From NCBI GenBank assembly GCA_963665115.1, contig OY762007.1:6912001-6976000 (forward strand): a stretch of 64,000 nucleotides of DNA. The letters run 5' to 3'. Shown here piece by piece: positions 56,821 to 64,000 of the stretch; the stretch's first letter is position 1; each line of letters opens with the position of its first letter. Made by a program: the position numbers and the translations under genes. The stretch comes from an uncultured Rivularia sp. GTDB lineage: Bacteria > Cyanobacteriota > Cyanobacteriia > Cyanobacteriales > Nostocaceae. The notes beneath the pieces are model-generated. The model was not told the DNA's origin and did no database searches. It saw only the letters and a list, made by a program, of their open reading frames with translations.

Positions 56821-57249
56821 ATGTCTATAACTTTAATCTGGCTGATAGTCGGAGCCTGTTTTTGTTTGTCGGAATTGTTTATTCCAACTGCTTTTGTCGC
56901 TTTCATGATGGGTATTAGCGCTTTTATAGTAGCGCTACTGTCTTTAGCAATAGGAAATTTATGGCTACAAGCAATTTGTTGGTTGTTGCTTTCCACATCA
57001 TTAATAGTTCTCGCTCGTAAATATATTTCACCACCACGACGCAAATCGAAAATACGGGATGCAGTTTTAGGAGAAACTATCACTGAAATACCGGCTGGTA
57101 AAACGGGACGAGTTTTGTACGAAGGCAATTCTTGGCGAGCGCAATGTGACGATGAACAAGCTTTTATCGCCCCTTATCAAAGAGTTTACGTAGTTAGACG
57201 CGAAGGTACAACATTGATTGTCATGCCCGAAAATATCTTGCATTCTTAA
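56821..57249 (+). CDS. NfeD-family protein
   Basis: N-terminal TMs, GRVLYEGNSWRA OB fold; precedes an SPFH gene. Confidence 0.9.
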   Translation: MSITLIWLIVGACFCLSELFIPTAFVAFMMGISAFIVALLSLAIGNLWLQAICWLLLSTSLIVLARKYISPPRRKSKIRDAVLGETITEIPAGKTGRVLYEGNSWRAQCDDEQAFIAPYQRVYVVRREGTTLIVMPENILHS

Positions 57250-57317
57250 TCGCGTTTAATTCTGTGTTTTATTTTTATATTTGAAAAATAATTTTGGAGA
57301 AAAACTAGGAGAAAAAA

Positions 57318-58317
57318 ATGGAACAATTTTTTTTACTGATATCCTTAGCTATAGGTGGCTCTGCTGCCTTAGCTAGTAGCGTGAAAATTATTAATCAAGG
57401 AAACGAAGCGTTAGTAGAAAGATTGGGTAGCTACGACAAAAAGCTAGAAACCAGGACTTAATTTCGTGTTACCTGTCGTGGATAGAGTTGTTTTCCGCGA
57501 AACTAATCGAGAGAAAGTTATAGATATTCCTCCCCAAAAATGTATTACCCGCGATAACGTAGCCATTGAAGTTGATGCTGTGGTTTATTGGCGGATTGTT
57601 GATATGGGAAAAGCCTACTACAAAGTAGAAAATCTTCAAGCAGCGATGGTGAATTTGGTATTGACTCAAATTCGCTCAGAAATGGGACAATTAGAACTTG
57701 ACCAAACTTTTACCGCTCGTACCGAAGTTAACGAAACTTTATTGCGGGATTTGGACATTGCCACAGATCCTTGGGGTGTAAAAGTTACTCGTGTAGAATT
57801 GCGCGATATCATTCCTTCCAAAGCAGTACAAGACTCAATGGAATTACAAATGTCCGCAGAAAGACGCAAGCGGGCAGCAATTTTAACATCTGAAGGCGAA
57901 CGAGAATCAGCAGTAAATAGTTCCAGAGGAAGAGCAGAAGCCCAGGTTTTGGAAGCAGAAGCCAATCAGAAAGCCGTAATTTTACAGGCAGAAGCCCAAC
58001 AAAAAGCTACCATCCTCAAAGCGCAAGCCGAACGGCAGCAGCAAGTACTCAAAGCCCACGCAGTTGCCGAATCATCCGAAATTCTCGCTCAGAAAATGAA
58101 AGAGAATCCTAAAGCCCAGCAAGCATTAGAAGTGCTATTAGCTTTAGGTTACTTAGACATGGGAGCAGCAATCGGACAAAGCGAAAGCGCCAAAGTCATG
58201 TTTATGGACCCACGCACAATTCCCGGTACTCTAGAAGGTATACGTTCCATCGTCTCCGAAACTCAAGACGGCAATCCTATGCTTGGGGAAATTGGTAAGC
58301 ATCAGCAGCGCGGTTGA
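57318..58317 (+). CDS. SPFH/band-7 (stomatin-like) protein; +1 frameshift at 57448-57450, probably a sequencing error
   Basis: LVERLG..KKLE-PGLNF after correction; [24 protein letters not shown]. Confidence 0.92.
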
Positions 58318-58665
58318 GAGGGGAAGAGGGGGAGATAGGGAGATGGGGAGATGGGGAGATGGGGAGATGGGGAGAGGGGGTAGAGGGGGTAGAGGGGGAG
58401 AGGGGTAGAGGGGGTAGAGGGGGGAGAGGGGGTAGATGGGGAGACAAGGGGACAAGGAGAAATATATTCTTAATTCGCTACTTGCTACTTACTACTTACT
58501 ACTCTTAACTCCTAACTCATAACTTCTCACTCCTAACTATTCCCAATTCCCAATGCCCCATCCCCCATGCCCCATGCCCAATTACCAATTACCAATTACC
58601 AATTACCAATTACCAATTCCCAATTACCCATTCCCCATCCCCAATGCCCAATTCCCAATGTCCAA
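58318..58665. repeat. Composite STRR-type tandem repeat array. Similar arrays at 15040-15198, 20270-20390, 28110-28310, 38800-38940, 42100-42330, 59485-59630.
   Basis: GGGGAGAT, GGGGTAGAG, CTACTTA, TAACTCC, CCCCATG and AATTACC units. Confidence 0.9.
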
Positions 58666-58666
58666 A

Positions 58667-59059
58667 TTAACAAGCCTGCTTTGCATGGCATTTGTCGCAT
58701 AAACCGAAGAATTCTAATGTGTGATAAAAGATTTTAAAATTTTGGTTGGTTTCTAATTCGGTTTCTAGTTGATGCACGGGACATTGTTCGATAGGAATTG
58801 ACCTACCGCATTGCAAACAGGTTAAATGATGTTTATCTTGCTGTACTAAGCTATAAAGCGCTTCACCGTTAGTTAAGGTTCTTACTTGTACTAATCCTTC
58901 AAGTTTTAAAGCTTCCAAGGAACGATAAACTGTTGCTAAACCCATACTTTGATTGCTATTACGCAATTCCACATATAGATTTTGAGCGGAAATGCCTTGT
59001 TTAATGGATTGGAGTAAGTTTAAAATCCGCTCTTGGCTGCGGGTATGTATGGGTTTCAT
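58667..59059 (-). CDS. zur: Fur-family regulator, most like the cyanobacterial zinc uptake regulator Zur (FurB)
   Basis: [37 protein letters not shown]. Confidence 0.85.
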   Translation of the reverse strand: MKPIHTRSQERILNLLQSIKQGISAQNLYVELRNSNQSMGLATVYRSLEALKLEGLVQVRTLTNGEALYSLVQQDKHHLTCLQCGRSIPIEQCPVHQLETELETNQNFKIFYHTLEFFGLCDKCHAKQAC

Positions 59060-59204
59060 GGAAGATAACTATTTAAATAACAGCAATAAAGAATTTCTAT
59101 CACCACTTCTACTTTTAATTTACTTCAATCGTTAAACAATATAATTTTCATTTAGTAACCACCAAAAGATATAGTATACCCAGAGCAGCATTGGGTAAAA
59201 TTAG

Positions 59205-59483
59205 ATGCCAATTAAATATCAAGCGAAAATTTTTGTAACTCTTCGTCCTTCAGTTTTAGATCCGGCTGGTGTCGCCGTACAATCCGGGCTAAAGCAGATG
59301 GAATACAGCAACGTCGAACAAGTAAGAATTGGAAAATACATCGAATTGATGATTACCTCTGATTCGGAGAATTCAGCGCGTCAAGATTTAGATAAAATAT
59401 GCGACAAAATGCTCGCAAATCCCGTGATTGAAAACTATCGCTTCAATTTGACTGAGGTGGAATCGGTTATTGGAGCAGTTTGA
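59205..59483 (+). CDS. purS: FGAM synthase subunit PurS
   Basis: VTLRPSVLDPAG, VRIGK, LANPVIENY. Confidence 0.96.
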   Translation: MPIKYQAKIFVTLRPSVLDPAGVAVQSGLKQMEYSNVEQVRIGKYIELMITSDSENSARQDLDKICDKMLANPVIENYRFNLTEVESVIGAV

Positions 59484-59646
59484 AGAGTTAGGAGTTAGGA
59501 GTTAGGAGTTAGGAGTTAGGAGTAGTAAGTAGTAAGTAGTAAGTAGCGAATTAAGAATATATTTCTCCTTGTCTCCTTGTCTCCCCCTCTTTACCCTCTA
59601 TAACTTTGACCTTTAACCTTTAACCTTTGACCTATATTTAATAATC

Positions 59647-60322
59647 ATGAAATTCGGCATTGTTGTTTTCCCCGGTTTCTAATTGCGATCGCGATGTTGC
59701 TTTCGTGACGCGAGATATTCTGTCGCAGCCAACTCGCATGGTTTGGCATCAAGATACCGATCTTTCCGATATCGATGTGGTGATTTTACCTGGTGGTTTT
59801 AGCTATGGCGATTATCTTCGTTGCGGTGCGATCGCCAGATTTTCCCCGATTATGTCTTCTGTTCTCGAACACGCACAAAAAGGTAAGTTTGTCTTGGGTA
59901 TATGCAATGGTTTTCAGGTATTAACTGAGTCGGGACTTTTGCCGGGTGCGTTGATTAGAAATAGAGATTTGCATTTTATCTGTGACAGATTACCGCTAAA
60001 GGTTGAGCGTAACGATCTAGTTTGGACGCAAGGTTATCAAAGTTGCGAACAAATAATTTTACCTGTGGCTCATGGTGAAGGGAAATTTTACGCTGATGAC
60101 AAAACTTTGGCTGAGTTAGAAAACAATAATCAAGTTGTATTTCGCTATGAAGGTGAAAATCCCAATGGTTCGTTAAGAGATATTGCAGGTATTTGCAATC
60201 GTGACGGTAATGTGTTGGGTATGATGCCGCATCCAGAGAGGGCTTCCGATCCGATGTTGGGGAATACTGATGGGTTGAAGTTATTTGAAGGATTGTTGGA
60301 AAACGTTTTAGCAACAGTTTAG
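59647..60322 (+). CDS. purQ: FGAM synthase glutaminase subunit PurQ; +1 frameshift at 59676-59678, probably a sequencing error
   Basis: Corrected MKFGIVVFPGSNCDRD; PGGFSYGDY, GICNGFQ, MMPHPER. Confidence 0.95.
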
Positions 60323-60520
60323 GTTTACATCTAAAATTAGGGAGACGTTGTATTACAGCGTCTTCATATCGCTATAAAATCAACTATAAACTTTAATAAT
60401 TATAATAGTTATAAAAGCCTATATTATTAGTTCTGCGAATTTGTGTTTTCTAATTCAGTCAGGCGATAGTAATAATAATCTCATCTTTTACAGGCTCCTG
60501 GGATAATAAACGTATTTTTA

Positions 60521-63091
60521 ATGAGCAAGTCAGTTGTTATTAATCTGGGAAATAGCGATTTGTATGGAGGATGCGAGCAAGTAACGGCTCAATTATGGGT
60601 TTCTGGTCATCCCCTTCCAGAGCAATTTGTTGGCTCATTACCACCAGCACCGCATTTGGTGGAATTGTATCAGCGATGGCAATTTATGTATCGGAGTTTT
60701 TACGATTGCCTAAATTTGCGATTCCGTTCGCTATCGCTTGAAGATGATGAAATAGAAATTGATGAAGGTGATATAACTAATATTTCTGATGTCAGCTTAA
60801 ATGATTTATCTGAACATTTACGGTTGAGTATTAATGCTTGGTTAAAGTCTGAAGAATTTTTGAACATAGAACGTAAATTGCGTTCTGCATTAAGTCGAGA
60901 AGAAGAAATACAGATAGTTATTGAAACAAGCGATTCATGGCTGCGAAGGATACCTTGGTGTTGGTGGGATTTTCTTGATGATTATCCCTACTGCGAAATC
61001 GCTCTTTTCAAACCCGAGTATAGAAGAAGTACTGTTGTTACACAGTTAAGACCGACTAATAATAAAGCCAGAGTCTTGGCTGCTATGGGTAATAGTTTCG
61101 GTATTGATTTAGAAGCAGAAAGTAGTTTTCTAGGCAGTTTACAGGATGCAGAAGTCAAATTTCTAATTCAACCGTCACGTCAGGAATTTAATCGATATCT
61201 TTGGGATTCTCTTGGTTGGGACGTGCTTTTTTTTGCAGGTCATAGTCAAACTGAGGACGAAGAAGGAAAAATTTATATCAATGAAAATAAAACAAATAAC
61301 AGTTTAACTTTAGAACAATTAGAAGAAGCCCTCAAAGCAGCAATTGAGAATGGTTTGACATTAGCAATATTTAATTCTTGTAATGGGTTGGGATTGGCTT
61401 CGGTGCTGGAAAAATTAAATATTCCTACAACCGTGGTGATGAGGGAACCAGTACCGAATTTGGTTGCACAAGTTTTTTTCAAATTTTTCTTAGAATTTTT
61501 TGCTAAAGATAGAGACTCTTTATACATATCTTTTCAAAAAGCACGCAGGCAGTTGCAAGGATTAGAAAATAAATTTCCTGGTGCTTCTTGTTTACCCGTA
61601 ATTTTTCAAAATCCAGCATTAAATCCACCAAGCTGGCTGAGTTTGGGAGGAATGCCTCCTTGTCCTTATCGGGGATTATTTGCTTTCTCCGAAACAGATG
61701 CAGATCTGTTTTTCGGACGAGAAATTTTTTGTTTCAATTTGCTGAAAGCTGTAAAAAGTAAAACATTCGTAGCTGTGGTAGGTCCTAGCGGGAGTGGTAA
61801 ATCCAGCGTAGTATTTGCTGGTTTGATTCCCCAATTACGACAAGATGAAAATATTAATTGGCAGATAATTTCTTTTCGTCCCGGTAACAAACCCTTTGAA
61901 GCGTTAGCAAGTGCTTTGTTACCTTTATGCTTATCCATTAATTTTTTGCAACACAATGGAGCTAACTCAGAGAATAACCTGCGTTTGCTCAAAGAAGAAT
62001 TAGCTGCAAAACTAGAATGCGATAGTCAAGCTTTACAAACAATTATTGCTGAGTTCATTAAGCAAAACCCCAATACTCGTTTAGCATTAATAGCGGATCA
62101 GTTTGAAGAACTCTACACCCTTTGTCTTGAATCTGAAACCCAAACTTTTTTAGATTTATTATTGGCTGCTGTCAGTTTGGCTCCAAGTTTTAGTTTAGTT
62201 ATTACTCTTAGAGCCGACTTTTACGGTCATGCTTTATCTTACCGTCCATTTAGTGATGCTTTGCAAGGAGCGGTGCTTAATCTCGGGCCAATGAGTCAAG
62301 AAGAATTGTACTCGGCAATTGAAAAGCCTGCAACCAAGATGAAAGTCAAAATGGAGTTGGGGCTATCTAATAGATTAATTGATGATGTGTGGGGAGAATT
62401 AGTCAATTTACCACTGCTGGAATTTGCCTTAACTCAGCTATGGGAAAAGCATCAAAACGGTCAACTGATGCACGATGCTTATTCTGAAATTGGCTGTGTG
62501 GAAGGTGCTTTGGCTGAATATGGAGAGCAAATATATGCTCGGCTTTCGGAAGATGATCGAGAAAGAGCGAAACGGATATTTATTCAGTTGGTGCGTTTGG
62601 AAGAAGGTACTCAAGCTACTCGCAGGTTAGCAACTCGCTCCCAAGTGAATAATTGGGATTTGGTAACTCATTTAGCATCCGCTCGTTTATTAGTGACAAA
62701 CCGTAATGATTCCACTGGTGAAGAAACAGTAGAAATTGTTCATGAAGCTTTGATTAAAAGTTGGGGACGTTTAGAACACTGGATACAGGTTGATACAGAC
62801 TTTCGACGTTGGCAAGAACAGTTGCGATCGGCAATATATCAATGGCAGAAAAGCGGTGAAGATACTGGGGCATTGTTGCGGGGTGTACCCTTAGCAATAG
62901 CCCAAGACTGGCAGCAGAAACGCTCCGAAGAACTTAGCGTCAAAGAAAGAGAGTTTATTCAAAGTTCTCAGTTAATTTGCGATAGGGAAATCGAAAATCA
63001 AAATCGCAGACGCAGAATTACTATTTTAGGACTTATTATTTGTTTAATTTTAGTTGCAATTGGTAGGTGGCAATTGCGATGTAGCTTTTAA
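60521..63091 (+). CDS. CHAT-domain + STAND (nSTAND1-like) NTPase ending at a TM helix
   Basis: FFAGHS and IFNSCNG (CHAT His/Cys); CPYRGL..F, FFGRE, GPSGSGKSS, DQFEE, TLRADF, LPLLEFAL, EIVHEAL. Confidence 0.85.
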   Translation: MSKSVVINLGNSDLYGGCEQVTAQLWVSGHPLPEQFVGSLPPAPHLVELYQRWQFMYRSFYDCLNLRFRSLSLEDDEIEIDEGDITNISDVSLNDLSEHLRLSINAWLKSEEFLNIERKLRSALSREEEIQIVIETSDSWLRRIPWCWWDFLDDYPYCEIALFKPEYRRSTVVTQLRPTNNKARVLAAMGNSFGIDLEAESSFLGSLQDAEVKFLIQPSRQEFNRYLWDSLGWDVLFFAGHSQTEDEEGKIYINENKTNNSLTLEQLEEALKAAIENGLTLAIFNSCNGLGLASVLEKLNIPTTVVMREPVPNLVAQVFFKFFLEFFAKDRDSLYISFQKARRQLQGLENKFPGASCLPVIFQNPALNPPSWLSLGGMPPCPYRGLFAFSETDADLFFGREIFCFNLLKAVKSKTFVAVVGPSGSGKSSVVFAGLIPQLRQDENINWQIISFRPGNKPFEALASALLPLCLSINFLQHNGANSENNLRLLKEELAAKLECDSQALQTIIAEFIKQNPNTRLALIADQFEELYTLCLESETQTFLDLLLAAVSLAPSFSLVITLRADFYGHALSYRPFSDALQGAVLNLGPMSQEELYSAIEKPATKMKVKMELGLSNRLIDDVWGELVNLPLLEFALTQLWEKHQNGQLMHDAYSEIGCVEGALAEYGEQIYARLSEDDRERAKRIFIQLVRLEEGTQATRRLATRSQVNNWDLVTHLASARLLVTNRNDSTGEETVEIVHEALIKSWGRLEHWIQVDTDFRRWQEQLRSAIYQWQKSGEDTGALLRGVPLAIAQDWQQKRSEELSVKEREFIQSSQLICDREIENQNRRRRITILGLIICLILVAIGRWQLRCSF

Positions 63092-63114
63092 TTTTGCTTT
63101 GATTAATAAAATCT

Positions 63115-63702
63115 CTACATAATTGTTGTTAAATCAAATAGGAATCCGGGTAAAACGTCTTCACCGGATAATGTTGTAGGAGCTTCTAATATTTCTACAT
63201 CTCTACCTTGACGATAAATCTCTACTTGTCGTGCTTCTACATTTATTAACCAACCCAAACGAGCGCCATTTTCAATATATTCCTGCATTTTCTCTCGTAT
63301 TTTCTTTAGCGAGTCAGTAGGAGAACGAAGTTCTATAACAAAATCAGGACATAAAGGTAAGAATTTTCGTCTTTGTTCTGCGGTTAAATACTCCCACTTT
63401 TCTATTGTTATCCAAGAAGCATCGGGAGAGCGATTTGCACCGTTGGGTAGTTTAAAACCAGTTGAAGAATCAAAAGCTTTACCTAAATTATTTTTACGAC
63501 TCCAACTTTGAAGTTGATATGCAATTTCAATATTGCGGTTTCCTGTTTCTCCCCCAGTTGGTGACATTATTAATAATTCCCCTGATGCTGTGCGTTCAAA
63601 TTTCCATTCTTGATTTTTCTGACATAGTTGCCAAAATTGTTCGTCGGTTAAGTCGATTGTTAGTTGTAGGGTGGAGTTGGGATTAATTAGTGAAGTGTTC
63701 AT
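63115..63702 (-). CDS. Uma2-family endonuclease
   Basis: ERTASGELLIMSP, SPDASW, PDFVIELRSP, LGWLI, GEDVLPGF. Confidence 0.93.
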   Translation of the reverse strand: MNTSLINPNSTLQLTIDLTDEQFWQLCQKNQEWKFERTASGELLIMSPTGGETGNRNIEIAYQLQSWSRKNNLGKAFDSSTGFKLPNGANRSPDASWITIEKWEYLTAEQRRKFLPLCPDFVIELRSPTDSLKKIREKMQEYIENGARLGWLINVEARQVEIYRQGRDVEILEAPTTLSGEDVLPGFLFDLTTIM

Positions 63703-63726
63703 AGTACAAAGCAAATATTTTTTAAT

Positions 63727-64000
63727 TTATCTTGGAAAATTATTACCTAGATAAATTTGTTTAGAACCTTTAGGGATATAAATCCAGCCAAGTCCTTGCA
63801 AGCGGTTTGTCAAGTTAGAAATTGTTACTCCTAATTCATCTACGACAGCATACAAATGTCGCCATTTGGTAAAATCACGTCCTCTTCGTGCTTCTTCTAA
63901 TTTATATAGAGGCATAAGTAAACAACTAGCAAAATATTGAGCTTGCCATTCAATTCCTTTTTGAGCAGTAACGCTACGACATAAAAATGGCTCTATAGTC
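63727..64000 (-). CDS. C-terminal part of an ImmA/IrrE-family metallopeptidase; starts beyond the window
   Basis: Upstream extension of the ORF reads IEWQAQYFASCLLMP...ELGVTISNLTNRL, matching the E.QA..FA..LLMP motif plus HTH-like tail. Confidence 0.75.
   Translation of the reverse strand, partial: TIEPFLCRSVTAQKGIEWQAQYFASCLLMPLYKLEEARRGRDFTKWRHLYAVVDELGVTISNLTNRLQGLGWIYIPKGSKQIYLGNNFPR

Noticed and set aside
59647..59700. Programmed ribosomal frameshifting in purQ and other split genes
   Set aside because: No shared slippery heptamer or stimulatory structure; the uniform +1 homopolymer pattern across unrelated genes fits sequencing error.

Overview
AT-rich (~35-40% GC by eye) chromosomal segment of a filamentous, probably heterocyst-forming cyanobacterium. 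Support: psb29, cpcT, ndhS and ftrV genes, frequent HIP1 GCGATCGC sites, and heptameric STRR-type intergenic repeats. Most of it is housekeeping and signalling genes (pyrB, thioredoxin, mgtE, GH15/phosphorylase-kinase-like protein, exbBD, hemF, mrp, rodA, ugd, cinA, mutL, purA, rplY, zur, purS/purQ). Accessory elements: (1) a REP-rich block with a pentapeptide gene, an Rpn-family nuclease carrying a candidate internal antitoxin start, and a sensor kinase/REC-TPR regulator/2xTrkA/TrkH operon, bracketed by the Rpn gene and an 81-bp Rpn remnant; (2) a tnpB-only IS200/IS605-family element inserted exactly after TTAC in a sugar-nucleotidyltransferase gene; (3) MITEs and nested small repeats; (4) a decayed yefM-yoeB-like locus; (5) a CHAT-STAND NTPase / Uma2 / ImmA-IrrE cluster at the right edge. 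The most novel-looking signal is a 13-codon leader ORF with an anti-SD/SD hairpin directly upstream of mgtE, a candidate translational Mg2+ attenuator. Ten genes are broken at short homopolymers, almost always by +1 base, which points to sequencing error rather than true pseudogenes. No rRNA, tRNA or CRISPR array was recognised.
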